Of a stretch of DNA of 64,000 bases, positions 20,346 to 30,739 are shown piece by piece; position 1 is the stretch's first letter, and each line of letters starts with the position of its first letter. The DNA is taken from NCBI GenBank assembly GCA_040755455.1, contig JBFMAY010000004.1:60586-124585 (forward strand), in the 5' to 3' direction. Below the pieces are notes generated by a model. That model was not told the DNA's origin, ran no database searches, and saw only the letters and a program-made list of their open reading frames with translations. The position numbers and the translations under genes are program-made. Source of the stretch: Thermodesulfobacteriota bacterium. Its GTDB lineage: Bacteria; Desulfobacterota; Desulfobulbia; Desulfobulbales; SURF-16.

Positions 20346-21578
20346 GTGAGATTTGAAACATTTATCTGCTTCCGCTACCTGAAGGCAAAGCGGAAACAGG
20401 GATTTATTTCGCTTATCACCTTTATTTCCGTGGCCGGGGTCGCAGTGGGGGTCATGGCCCTCATTGTCGTACTGGCCGTCATGGCGGGATTCACCTCCGA
20501 GCTGCGCAATAAGATTCTCGGGGTAAACTCCCATATTGTCGTGCAAAAGCTTGGCGGCATCATTGATGACTACCCGGCCCTGATTGACGCTATTCAGCAT
20601 ACGGAAGGGGTCAAGTCGGTCACCCCCTACATCTATTCCCAGACCATGATTACCACCGGCAACAACGGCACCGGCATTGTCCTGCGCGGCATTGACCCTG
20701 CCAGCGCGTCTTCCGTGCTTTCCCTGGCAAGCCAGCTGACCCAGGGCGATATTACCGGCCTGTCCCGCGCCGAAAAGGAGCCCGGCAGCCCCCCGGGCAT
20801 TATCGTCGGCAAGCATCTGGCGCGGCAGCTCAGGATAGAAATGGGAGACCGGGTGCGACTGCTGTCGCCCTCCGGCCCGCTGACACCCATGGGGGTGATT
20901 CCCAAGATAAAAACATGCGAGATTACCGGTATTTTTGATACCGGCATGTATGAGTACGATTCCTCCCTGGCCTATATTTCCATCAGGACCGCCCAGCAGT
21001 TTCTCGGCATCGACGGCGGGGTGCATGGCATTGAAATCAATGTTGACGACATATACCAGGCCGCAAACATTGCCACCAGGATAGAAGAGATGCTTGGCCC
21101 TGGCTTTGTGGCCAAGGACTGGATGCGCATGAATCAGAATCTCTTTTCCGCCCTGAAACTGGAGAAAACCGCCATGTTTATCATCCTTACCCTGATTGTG
21201 CTGGTTGCGGCCTTTAACATCATCAGCACCCTCACCATGGTGGTCATGGAAAAGACTAAAGACATCGCCATTTTAAAATCCATGGGGGCCAAGTCCGGCA
21301 ATATTCTCCGGATTTTCGTTTACGAAGGGCTCATCATCGGCTGCACCGGCACGGCAATCGGCGTTGCCGGGGGGCTCGGCTTATGCAAAATTCTGAGCCG
21401 CTACCAGTTTATCAAGCTTCCCAGCGATGTCTATCCCATGTCCACCCTGCCGGTGAAGGTTCTGCCCTTTGATGTGACAGCCGTTGCCCTTGCCGCAGTA
21501 CTTATCACCTTCCTTGCAACCATCTACCCGTCGTGGCAGGCCTCCCGCGTTGAACCGGCCGAAGCCCTGCGTTATTAA
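20346..21578 (+). CDS. lolE: Lipoprotein-releasing ABC transporter permease LolC/E
   Basis: FISLIT...GVAVGVMALIVVLAVM, VAAFNIIS, IAILKSMGA, PAEALRY; GTG start at 20346. Confidence 0.88.
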   Translation: MRFETFICFRYLKAKRKQGFISLITFISVAGVAVGVMALIVVLAVMAGFTSELRNKILGVNSHIVVQKLGGIIDDYPALIDAIQHTEGVKSVTPYIYSQTMITTGNNGTGIVLRGIDPASASSVLSLASQLTQGDITGLSRAEKEPGSPPGIIVGKHLARQLRIEMGDRVRLLSPSGPLTPMGVIPKIKTCEITGIFDTGMYEYDSSLAYISIRTAQQFLGIDGGVHGIEINVDDIYQAANIATRIEEMLGPGFVAKDWMRMNQNLFSALKLEKTAMFIILTLIVLVAAFNIISTLTMVVMEKTKDIAILKSMGAKSGNILRIFVYEGLIIGCTGTAIGVAGGLGLCKILSRYQFIKLPSDVYPMSTLPVKVLPFDVTAVALAAVLITFLATIYPSWQASRVEPAEALRY

Positions 21579-21585
21579 TTATCCC

Positions 21586-22320
21586 ATGAGAGACACCAGC
21601 AGCAAAACAGTTGAATTTTCAGCCCAAGGGCTGATGAAGTCCTACGGTCATGGTTCAGGCAGGGTTGAAGTGCTCAACGATCTCAACCTTGAACTCCGGC
21701 GGGGCGAGATGGTGGCCATCACCGGTGTTTCAGGGACCGGCAAATCGACGCTCCTCCACATCCTCGGCACCCTGGACAGACCGGACAAGGGCAACCTGCG
21801 TTACAAGGATGAAGATATCTTTAAACGCGACGACGCGAGTCTGGCTCATTTTCGCAATCAGGCCATTGGCTTTGTTTTCCAGTTCCACCATCTGCTCCCC
21901 GAATTTTCCGCCCTGGAAAACACCATCATACCAGGCTTAATTGCGGGCAGGAAAAAAGAAGAACTTTTTGACGACGGCAGGGAACTGCTCAAAAAGGTAG
22001 GTCTTGCCCACAGATTCGACCACCGGGTCGGCGAATTGTCCGGGGGTGAACAGCAGCGGGTTGCCCTTGCCCGAGCCATTATCATGAAACCCACGCTGCT
22101 GCTGGCTGATGAACCGACCGGCAACCTTGACCCCAAAACAGGTGAAAAGATTTTCAATCTGATCCGCGACATGAATCATGACTTCGGACTGACCACGGTC
22201 ATGGTCACCCATAATTTTGCCCTTGCCCGCCAGATGGACCGCTGTCTGACCTTACGCAACGGCAAACTGTTCGACAGTGGCATTTTGCAGGAAAATGATG
22301 CGCGCTTTGCATCCCAATGA
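21586..22320 (+). CDS. lolD: Lipoprotein-releasing ABC transporter ATPase LolD
   Basis: GVSGTGKST, GFVFQFHHLLPEFSALEN, LSGGEQQRVA, DEPTGNLD. Confidence 0.92.
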   Translation: MRDTSSKTVEFSAQGLMKSYGHGSGRVEVLNDLNLELRRGEMVAITGVSGTGKSTLLHILGTLDRPDKGNLRYKDEDIFKRDDASLAHFRNQAIGFVFQFHHLLPEFSALENTIIPGLIAGRKKEELFDDGRELLKKVGLAHRFDHRVGELSGGEQQRVALARAIIMKPTLLLADEPTGNLDPKTGEKIFNLIRDMNHDFGLTTVMVTHNFALARQMDRCLTLRNGKLFDSGILQENDARFASQ

Positions 22321-22490
22321 TTTTTTAATGGCAACAATCTTCTTTTTTTATTAACTTTCGTAAGTTATGCTTTTTATTTATCAGCAATTGAACAGGATCT
22401 GGAAAAAAGCTTGCCGGTGCGGACATTTTTCAATATCCTGACGAAGATAATTTCTTCTCTTATTCCTCACTCCATATACGAAGACTTGCT

Positions 22491-25196
22491 ATGCATAGAT
22501 CCCGCTTTCCCTTGAGTCTTGTTATTCCGCTTTTCATTCTTACCGTTTTATTGCCTTGTTACGCCAGCAGTTACGCTGCCACCGAGGCCGCAACAGCAGG
22601 GGCTGCGACTGCTGGCGATGCGCCATCGGCAAACACCGTTTTTCTGCCGTTTAAAATCATCACCGGCGGTGATCCGGCGCTGTTAGCCGGGAAAAGCGAC
22701 CAGATCCTGGCAACAACCGTGACCGCAAGAGGACAGAAACTGCTGGAACGTAACCAGGTGATGGCACAAATTGATTATGCCGCCGCCTTTCCACCGCCGG
22801 CGGACAAAATCCTGCAGATAATCCCGCCAGGCAATTTCGACTACCTGGTCTTCGGCAGCATCACCCAGATCGGTACAAAACTCAGTGTGGACATCTTGGC
22901 GGTTGATCTCCTTGATGCCGCCTCTTCCCGCTCTTTCTACCAGGAAGCGGCAAATTCCGAAGAACTGGCAATCGTGCTCGACAGACTGGTGGACAAGGTT
23001 CTTGCCTACACAGCGCGACTCTACCGTATCGCCAAGATAGATATCAGCGGCAACACCCGCATCGACTCAGGGGCGATCCTCAAACATATCCAGGCCAGGG
23101 CGGGCGATCAATATAATCCCGCACGGCTCAGAGAAGACCTGAAGAACATTTACAAGATGGGCTACTTTGACGATGTGCAGATCAATGTGGAAAACACCGA
23201 GGAAGGGAAAAATGTGACCTTTTCCGTCAAGGAGAAGGAAGTCATCGCCAGCGTCACCATCTCCGGCGAAGACAATCTCGAGGCTGACACGATCAAAGAG
23301 GTCATCACCGTTACGGCTAACACCATTGTCAATCCCCAGGAGGTCATGACATCCGCGGAAAATATCCGCAAGCTTTACAAAGAAAAAGGATATTATGACA
23401 CGGAAGTCACCACCAAACTCACTTACCCTGACAAGGACCGGGTTAATATCCTGTTTGAAATCAAGGAAGGGGATAAAATATACGTCAAGGAAATAATCAT
23501 CCATGGCAACAACACCTTTGCCAGTGATGAAATAGTAAAAGTTCTCTCCACTTCCACCAAGACCATGTTTTCCTGGATTACGGATTCGGGTCTGCTGAAA
23601 AGAGACATTTTGCAACAGGACGCTTCCCGCATCGGCGCCTTTTACCAGAATCACGGATTTATCGATGCCTTGGTGGGTGATCCCGAGGTGGAGAAAAAGG
23701 GCGAATGGCTGTATGTGACCTTCAATATCACGGAAGGCGACCGCTATAAGGTGGGCGTCATCGATATCACCGGCGACCTGATTGAAGAAAAATCAGTTCT
23801 GCAGGAGATGACAACCATTGGAGAGGAAAAATATTTCAACCGCCAGGTTCTCCGTGATGATGTGCTGAAGATTTCTGATTACTATGCCTCGAAAGGATAC
23901 GCCTTTGCCGAGGTTGATCCCCAGGTCACCAAGAACAGCGAAGAAAAACGGGTTGATCTCAACATCCATATCAGCAAAGGGGATCTGGTCCATATCAACC
24001 GGGTTATTATCAAAGGAAACACCAGAACCCGGGACAAGGTCATCCGCCGCGCCCTGTCGGTTGACGAGGACAGCATTTACGACGCAACCGCCATAAAAAA
24101 GAGCACGGAGCATCTGCAGCAGCTCGACTTCTTTGAAGACGTCAATATTACCCCTGAACCGACCGAGGAAGACAACCTGATGGATGTCATCGTTGACCTG
24201 AAGGAAAAATCAACCGGCACCTTCAGTATCGGCGCAGGCTACAGCTCCGTTGACGGTCTGATATTCATGTCGGACATCACCCAGCACAACTTTCTCGGCC
24301 GCGGCCAGAGTGTGTCATTGCAGGCCAACGTTGGCGGCAAGAATACACGTTATAATCTGAGCTTTACCGAACCCCATCTCAATGACTCCAAGCTCTCCTT
24401 CGGCTTTGATGTTTACCACTGGACCCGGGATTATGACGACTATGACAAAAAGTCCATCGGCACGGCGATCCGGCTCGGCTATCCCGTCTGGGAGAAATGG
24501 ACGGTTTGGGGCAGCTGGGCATATGATGACTCGAAACTGTCCGAAGTCAGCCCGTATGCCTCGCACTACATCCTCGATTCCATGGACATCAATATAACCC
24601 ATTCAGTGACCCTGGGCCTTTCCCGTGACAGCAGGAATCGCCGGTATAATCCCACCGAGGGCTCCCTGCACTCCGTGTCGGTTGAAAAAGCCGGCTCCGT
24701 TCTGGGCGGAGACAGCGCCTTTACCAAATATGAAGGATCGACCAGCTGGTATTTCCCTTACCGCTGGGAAACGGTGTTCCATGTCCGGGGCGCTGCCGGC
24801 TATATCACCGAAGACGAAGAAGGCAAGCTGCCTGTTTATGAGAAATTTTATCTGGGCGGGCTAAGCACCATGCGCGGTTTTGAAAATTACGGCATCAGCC
24901 CGCGCGATACGGAGACCGATGAAAAAATAGGCGGCGAAAAAATGGCCTATATGAATCTGGAGTATATTTTCCCACTGGTCAAGGACATCGGCCTCAATGC
25001 CCTGGTCTTTTATGATATCGGCAACGCCGTCCGTGATTCAGAGGATCTGGGGGAAGATCTTCGCTCAAGTGTCGGTTTCGGCTTCCGCTGGCTGTCACCC
25101 ATGGGCCCTCTGCGGCTTGAATGGGGATATAACATTGATCCCTGGGAGGACGAAGACCAAAGCCTCTGGGATTTCAGCATCGGAGGCCAGTTTTAA
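22491..25196 (+). CDS. bamA: Outer membrane protein assembly factor BamA with extra N-terminal domain
   Basis: Signal peptide, POTRA repeats (GNTRTRDKVIRR), STGTFSIGAGYSS, MRGF lid motif, WLSPMGPL, terminal Phe. Confidence 0.95.
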   Translation: MHRSRFPLSLVIPLFILTVLLPCYASSYAATEAATAGAATAGDAPSANTVFLPFKIITGGDPALLAGKSDQILATTVTARGQKLLERNQVMAQIDYAAAFPPPADKILQIIPPGNFDYLVFGSITQIGTKLSVDILAVDLLDAASSRSFYQEAANSEELAIVLDRLVDKVLAYTARLYRIAKIDISGNTRIDSGAILKHIQARAGDQYNPARLREDLKNIYKMGYFDDVQINVENTEEGKNVTFSVKEKEVIASVTISGEDNLEADTIKEVITVTANTIVNPQEVMTSAENIRKLYKEKGYYDTEVTTKLTYPDKDRVNILFEIKEGDKIYVKEIIIHGNNTFASDEIVKVLSTSTKTMFSWITDSGLLKRDILQQDASRIGAFYQNHGFIDALVGDPEVEKKGEWLYVTFNITEGDRYKVGVIDITGDLIEEKSVLQEMTTIGEEKYFNRQVLRDDVLKISDYYASKGYAFAEVDPQVTKNSEEKRVDLNIHISKGDLVHINRVIIKGNTRTRDKVIRRALSVDEDSIYDATAIKKSTEHLQQLDFFEDVNITPEPTEEDNLMDVIVDLKEKSTGTFSIGAGYSSVDGLIFMSDITQHNFLGRGQSVSLQANVGGKNTRYNLSFTEPHLNDSKLSFGFDVYHWTRDYDDYDKKSIGTAIRLGYPVWEKWTVWGSWAYDDSKLSEVSPYASHYILDSMDINITHSVTLGLSRDSRNRRYNPTEGSLHSVSVEKAGSVLGGDSAFTKYEGSTSWYFPYRWETVFHVRGAAGYITEDEEGKLPVYEKFYLGGLSTMRGFENYGISPRDTETDEKIGGEKMAYMNLEYIFPLVKDIGLNALVFYDIGNAVRDSEDLGEDLRSSVGFGFRWLSPMGPLRLEWGYNIDPWEDEDQSLWDFSIGGQF

Positions 25197-25249
25197 CCGC
25201 CGGATTTCTTGACCCAGGAGCGCAACACGCACTACCTCAATTCATCCCC

Positions 25250-25281
25250 GCCATGGCAGTGAAAGCTGCCATGGCTTTTTT
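25250..25281 (+). terminator. Intrinsic terminator after bamA
   Basis: GCCATGGCAG-tgaaag-CTGCCATGGC followed by T6. Confidence 0.75.
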
Positions 25282-25284
25282 ATT

Positions 25285-28200
25285 ATGCATCAACTATTCA
25301 CCTTCCTTCAAAAAAACCTTAAAGAACCCGTCCACCTCAGCGGACTGAGGCCTTCAGCCGCAGCCATGCTTGCCGCCCAAACAGCAGAAAGAACCGGCCG
25401 GCCCGTTCTCTTTATCGTCCCCTCCGAGTCCATGCTCGGCAGCATGGAACAGGACCTGAACCTTTTCTCCTCTCTGCCAGTGCTCTGTTATCCGGGCTAT
25501 GAGATTCCGCCCTACACCCCCCTTTCCCCGGACAGCTCCACAACCGCCGCCCGGTTGGCAACCCTTTACCGGGTGCTGTCAAACAAAGGGCCATTTATCC
25601 TGATATCCTCAAGTGAGGCATTGCTGCGCCGCATACTGCCGGTAAACATCCTTGATGAGCTGGCCGAACTGGTCATCAGAGGTGAGGAGACTGATCAGCA
25701 CGGACTGGTGCAATCTCTGGTCAGAAAAGGGTACGAACAGGTTTCCCTGGTCCAGAACAGCGGAGAGTTTGCCGTCCGCGGCGGCATTGTTGATCTGTAT
25801 CCACCGCCCTTTGCCGCCGCTGAATCAGCTATTGACGCTCCTGTCAGGCTTGATTTTTTCGGCGAAACCGTCGAATCGATCCGCTATTTTGATCCCATAA
25901 CCCAGCGCTCGATAAAAGAGGTTGATGAGGCGGTTTTCCTGCCGGTCAGCGACATCCTTTTCCCTGACCCATCTGGCAGTGATGACAAAAAGATCCTGGC
26001 CGCCTTTGACCGGGAAGGTGCAGAGCGAAGCTGGAATCATCCACAGAAAAACACCATCCGCGAAAAAATAAAAACCCGCACCCCGTTTCCCGGCATCGAG
26101 TTTTTTCTTCCCCTCTTTTATGAAAAACTCTCCGCCCCCTCAGATATCCTGCCGGAAAATACCATTGCCTTTTCTTACGCCCCCCAGGAATCTTCCCAAT
26201 CCATCCAGCTGATCTGGGAAAGAATCATGAGAAATTATCAGGAGGCATGCGGCGTCAATAACCCGGCCCTGCCCCCCGAGTCTCTTTTTCTGTCGGAAAA
26301 CGAACTGGAGAAGTCTCTGAATCTTTTCAGCCAAGTATGTCTGCACGATTTTGCCACGCTGCAGCCTGAGCACGCGAAGACTCTCTCCATCCAAACCGGC
26401 AACCATCTCCTGCTCAAGCAGCAGCTGGAACTGTCCCGCAAAATGGAGGGCTTTATCGCCCCGCTGGTCAAACAGATCAGCGAATGGCAGCAAAACAATG
26501 ACAAGGTCGTTCTGGCCTGCCGGACGGCAAGACATGCCCTCCATCTGGCTGACATGCTTTCCCATTACGACCTTGAATTACGGCAACAGCAAGCGCCGCT
26601 AAAGCTTGAGCAAACCGGAGCAGCTTATGTGACCCTGGTCACTGCCCCGTTAAGTGCCGGCTTTGATCTGCCGGCCGAAGGTCTGCACGTGCTCTCCGAA
26701 AATGAACTCTTCGGCGAAAAACGGCTCGGTTCGAGAAAAAAGAAAAAACATGCGCGACCTGTTGAAAACATCCGTTTTGAAGAACTGCATCCCAATGATT
26801 TTGTGGTGCATGTTGATCACGGCATCGGTTTTTTTAATGGGATCATCAACATGATATTAAACGGCGTGGCCAACGATTACCTGCAGATCACCTATGAAGG
26901 TAATGATAAACTCTATGTGCCGGTTGACCGTTTAAGCACTATCAGCAAGTACCAGGGCATATCGGACAAAGAGCCGAAAATCAACAAGCTCGGCGGCAAA
27001 CTCTGGACAAAAACCAAGCAGAAGGTGACGGAAGCGGTCTGGAAAGTGGCCCAGGAACTGCTCGATATCTATGCCAGACGCAAGCTGGCCAAAGGCCATG
27101 CCTTTAGCCAACCTGACCCGCTATTTCACGAACTTGAAGAAACCTTCCCCTTTGAGGAAACATCAGGCCAGCTCAAGGCGATCAATGACGTCATCGCTGA
27201 TCTGTCTGCCGAACAGACAATGGACCGGCTGGTGTGCGGCGATGTCGGCTACGGCAAGACCGAGGTGGCGGTCCGGGCCGCTTTCAAGGTTATTGAGGAT
27301 GGTTTTCAGGTGGCCATGCTCGTGCCGACCACCGTGCTGGCCGAACAGCACGTCGAGTCGTTCAGGGAGCGTTTCGCCGGCTTTCCGGTCCAGGTTGAGT
27401 GCCTCAACCGCTTCCGCAGCGACAGGGAACAGAAGCAGGTTATCAAGGATCTGGCGGACGGCAGGGTTGACATGGTGATCGGCACCCACCGCATCCTGTC
27501 AAAGGATGTGGTTTTCAAACGGATCGGCCTGCTCATCATCGACGAAGAACACCGTTTCGGGGTGGCCCATAAGGAAAAGATCAAAAAAATAAAAAGCAAT
27601 GTGGATGTGCTCACCCTGACCGCCACCCCTATCCCGCGCACCTTGCAACTCTCCCTGCTCGGCATCAGGGATCTTTCCGTCATCAGTTCCCCGCCCAGTC
27701 AGCGGCGGGCAGTCAAAACCTTTGTGGCCAAGCATGACGATCTGGTTATCAAGGAGGCAGTCATCAAGGAAGTGCAGCGTAAGGGACAGGTTTTCATCGT
27801 CCACAACCGGGTGCAGTCCATCCACGAAACGGCCCAGCGCGTCCAGAAGCTCGTTCCTCAGGCGAAAATTGCCGTGGCCCATGGCCAGATGCCGGGCAGG
27901 CAGCTTGAAGATATCATGGTCAGCTTTGTCAAAAAAGAGGTGGATGTACTGGTCTGCACCACCATTATTGAATCAGGCCTTGATATTCCCAACGCCAACA
28001 CCATTATCATCACCCGGGCTGACCGGTTCGGCCTGGCTGAAATATACCAGCTGAGGGGAAGAGTGGGCAGGAGTTCTGAACAGGCCTATGCCTATCTGCT
28101 GGTCCCTTCCCTGGACGGACTGTCCAAGGATGCCAGACAGAGACTGCGGGCGCTGATGGATTACAATGAGCTGGGGGGCGGCTTTAAACTGGCAATGAGC

Positions 28201-28794
28201 GATCTGCAGATCAGGGGCGGGGGAAGCATTCTCGGCAAATCCCAGAGCGGCAATATCGCGGCCGTGGGCTATGATCTTTACCTTGATCTCCTGCAGAAGA
28301 CGGTTGAGGACCTGAAAAGAAGAGGCAAAGATGGAGAACTCGCCCTTGAGGAGCCTGATGTTGAGCCTGAAATCAATCTGGGAATCTCCGCCTTTATTCC
28401 TGATCACTATATTGGCGACAGCGATCAGAGATATATCGCCTACCGCAAAATCACCAGCATCAGGGATGAACTTGAACTTGAGGATCTGCAGGATGAGCTG
28501 CGTGACCGCTATGGGGAAATCCCGGAGGAAACGGTCAACCTGCTGCGCATTATCACCATCAAGTTTTCCCTGCGGAAATTGAAAATCTGCAAACTTGAAC
28601 GAGGAGCGGGCAGCCTTGTTTTTACTTTTCTCGACCAGACACCGGTGAAGCCGGAAAATATTCTTTCGCTGGTGAGTAAAAGCAGGAACAAAATACGTTT
28701 TACCCCTGATGGCAAGCTCATTGTGCCGTCGCAGATAGAAAGTAATGAGTCTCTTTTCAGTGAAATTAAAAAACTGTTGCAGGCCCTCGATTAG
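25285..28794 (+). CDS. mfd: Transcription-repair coupling factor
   Basis: UvrB-homology region, GDVGYGKTEVA, DEEHRFGV, TATPIPRT, QLRGRVGRS, DLQIRG. Confidence 0.97.
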   Translation: MHQLFTFLQKNLKEPVHLSGLRPSAAAMLAAQTAERTGRPVLFIVPSESMLGSMEQDLNLFSSLPVLCYPGYEIPPYTPLSPDSSTTAARLATLYRVLSNKGPFILISSSEALLRRILPVNILDELAELVIRGEETDQHGLVQSLVRKGYEQVSLVQNSGEFAVRGGIVDLYPPPFAAAESAIDAPVRLDFFGETVESIRYFDPITQRSIKEVDEAVFLPVSDILFPDPSGSDDKKILAAFDREGAERSWNHPQKNTIREKIKTRTPFPGIEFFLPLFYEKLSAPSDILPENTIAFSYAPQESSQSIQLIWERIMRNYQEACGVNNPALPPESLFLSENELEKSLNLFSQVCLHDFATLQPEHAKTLSIQTGNHLLLKQQLELSRKMEGFIAPLVKQISEWQQNNDKVVLACRTARHALHLADMLSHYDLELRQQQAPLKLEQTGAAYVTLVTAPLSAGFDLPAEGLHVLSENELFGEKRLGSRKKKKHARPVENIRFEELHPNDFVVHVDHGIGFFNGIINMILNGVANDYLQITYEGNDKLYVPVDRLSTISKYQGISDKEPKINKLGGKLWTKTKQKVTEAVWKVAQELLDIYARRKLAKGHAFSQPDPLFHELEETFPFEETSGQLKAINDVIADLSAEQTMDRLVCGDVGYGKTEVAVRAAFKVIEDGFQVAMLVPTTVLAEQHVESFRERFAGFPVQVECLNRFRSDREQKQVIKDLADGRVDMVIGTHRILSKDVVFKRIGLLIIDEEHRFGVAHKEKIKKIKSNVDVLTLTATPIPRTLQLSLLGIRDLSVISSPPSQRRAVKTFVAKHDDLVIKEAVIKEVQRKGQVFIVHNRVQSIHETAQRVQKLVPQAKIAVAHGQMPGRQLEDIMVSFVKKEVDVLVCTTIIESGLDIPNANTIIITRADRFGLAEIYQLRGRVGRSSEQAYAYLLVPSLDGLSKDARQRLRALMDYNELGGGFKLAMSDLQIRGGGSILGKSQSGNIAAVGYDLYLDLLQKTVEDLKRRGKDGELALEEPDVEPEINLGISAFIPDHYIGDSDQRYIAYRKITSIRDELELEDLQDELRDRYGEIPEETVNLLRIITIKFSLRKLKICKLERGAGSLVFTFLDQTPVKPENILSLVSKSRNKIRFTPDGKLIVPSQIESNESLFSEIKKLLQALD

Positions 28795-28875
28795 TATCGT
28801 AATACTAAACCTTAACGTTGTGTTATAAAATCCGCATGTTGGCGGTCAACATAGTGCATTCATCATGGTTTTCGC

Positions 28876-29892
28876 ATGTTTAAAAATATAATATCCCTTG
28901 TGATAGTCAGGAAAGCCCGTTTAACCGCTTTAAGTTTTTCCCTGATTGCCAGCCTTGCTCTCTCCTCCGCGGCCCTTGCCGCAGAACTTGTTGACCGGGT
29001 TGTCGCCGTGGTAAACGACGACATCATCACTTTTTCGGAGCTTGAAGAAGAAGCTGCGCCAACATTTGATAAAATACGAGCGGAAGCCCCGCCAGCCCAG
29101 GTGGATGATGCCATCCAGAAAGCACGCAAAGAAATACTGCGCAATATGATTGATCACAAACTTCTTCTCCAGCGTGCCGCCAAACGTAAGATTGAGGTTT
29201 CCGATGCGGATATCGACTCAGCCATGCAGCGGATTATGGAACAGAATAGCCTTACTGAGGAGCAATTCCGTGACCAGCTGGCGACCATGGGTGTATCAGA
29301 GGAAAAATACCGCGCATCTCTGCGCGATCAGATTCTCCGTTCAAGACTGCTTAGTTATGAAATCCGGTCAAAGGTGGTAATCACCAATGAGCAGGTCGAG
29401 GCTTACTATCGCGATAAGTACATGCAAAACAATTCTCCGGAAGGCTACCACATCCTGCAGTTTGGCAGCGGCTGGGAGGACACGGGCCGTTCCGCTTCAA
29501 AAGAAGAGGCACAGAAACGTGCCGAGCAGTTGCGAGAAATGGTCCTGGCAGGTGAAAACTTTAATGAAATCGCTAAAAATTATTCAGACCTGCCCTCCGG
29601 GGTTGATGGCGGGGATATCGGCACTTTCAAGAAAAATGAGCTGGCTGACTACATGTGGCAGTCTATTAAAGACCTGCATCCCGGGGAAGTGAGCCCCGTC
29701 GTTGAAACTCCATCGGGATTCCAGTTCTTCAAGCTCCTGTCACGCAGCAGTGACGGTGTTATTGCCCAGGCCCCTCTGGAAAATGTAAAGGATGAAATCA
29801 GGGCAACTCTTTACGACCAGGAACTAAAGAAAAAATTTGAATACTGGGTCAAGGAATTACGAGAAAATTCTTATGTAAAAGAACTCCTCTGA
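28876..29892 (+). CDS. surA: SurA-family periplasmic chaperone / parvulin-type PPIase
   Basis: Signal peptide, VDRVVAVVNDDIIT, FNEIAKNYS, GGDIG, VSPVVETPSGF; follows mfd. Confidence 0.82.
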   Translation: MFKNIISLVIVRKARLTALSFSLIASLALSSAALAAELVDRVVAVVNDDIITFSELEEEAAPTFDKIRAEAPPAQVDDAIQKARKEILRNMIDHKLLLQRAAKRKIEVSDADIDSAMQRIMEQNSLTEEQFRDQLATMGVSEEKYRASLRDQILRSRLLSYEIRSKVVITNEQVEAYYRDKYMQNNSPEGYHILQFGSGWEDTGRSASKEEAQKRAEQLREMVLAGENFNEIAKNYSDLPSGVDGGDIGTFKKNELADYMWQSIKDLHPGEVSPVVETPSGFQFFKLLSRSSDGVIAQAPLENVKDEIRATLYDQELKKKFEYWVKELRENSYVKELL

Positions 29893-29965
29893 TCTCTCAC
29901 TTTCATTCAGGCAGGGAGATGCTCTCGACAAAGCCCCATTATCCCCGCCAAAGGACTGGAGCCAA

Positions 29966-30739
29966 ATGGCACAAGATTCCCAGCATAACCGGTCAAAAAT
30001 CAACGAATCGACCGATACCGATACAGGGCAATCCCTGGGCAATTATCTGCAGCGTGAACGGATAAAAAAACAATTCAGTCTGGAGGAGGTTGCGGAGCAA
30101 ACCTGTATAAACATTGGGACACTGAGGGCAATAGAGAGCAATGACCGCGACAAAATGCCGGCCGAGGTGTTTTCGCGGGGATTTATCAAGCTGTATGCCA
30201 AATTCCTCGGGGTTGACCAGCAGGAAGTGCTCGAACGTTATGACCGGGAGATGGCCCAGTCCGATGAGGAAAACATCAGAAATCATGATGTTTTCTACAA
30301 TGAAAAGCTGGCTGAATCATCATCCTTTTTCAATCTGCGCAAATTTTTCTATTTGCTCATGCTGCTCGTTCTTATCGCCCTGGGATATTATTTCTTTCTC
30401 TCCTCGGAATCGCCGACGTCCCGCCACTCATCGAGGTCTGGCAATCAATCCCTTTCCTCACAGATTAATGAAAAATTTGAAGCAGTAAAAACTCCTTCCC
30501 AGACGCAGTACCAATCTCCTGCACCCGCGGGGGATGCCTACACTCCTGCAACTGCCCCCATAGCCGATAAGCTGCAGACGGGAGACTCCGACAGCAAAAA
30601 CCAGGAAGCCACCTTACCCGGGACAAACAATGCGCAGTCTCTGCCGCCGGCAGCGTCTCCCCAGGCCAAAGAACCCACCACAGCAAGCGTTCCTCCCACC
30701 GGTGTTGAAAAACAGGAGACACTGCCTCCTGCACAATAA
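29966..30739 (+). CDS. RodZ-like membrane-anchored XRE-HTH protein
   Basis: LGNYLQRER...LRAIE...FSRGFIKLYAKFLG HTH signature, one TM segment, low-complexity periplasmic tail. Confidence 0.75.
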   Translation: MAQDSQHNRSKINESTDTDTGQSLGNYLQRERIKKQFSLEEVAEQTCINIGTLRAIESNDRDKMPAEVFSRGFIKLYAKFLGVDQQEVLERYDREMAQSDEENIRNHDVFYNEKLAESSSFFNLRKFFYLLMLLVLIALGYYFFLSSESPTSRHSSRSGNQSLSSQINEKFEAVKTPSQTQYQSPAPAGDAYTPATAPIADKLQTGDSDSKNQEATLPGTNNAQSLPPAASPQAKEPTTASVPPTGVEKQETLPPAQ

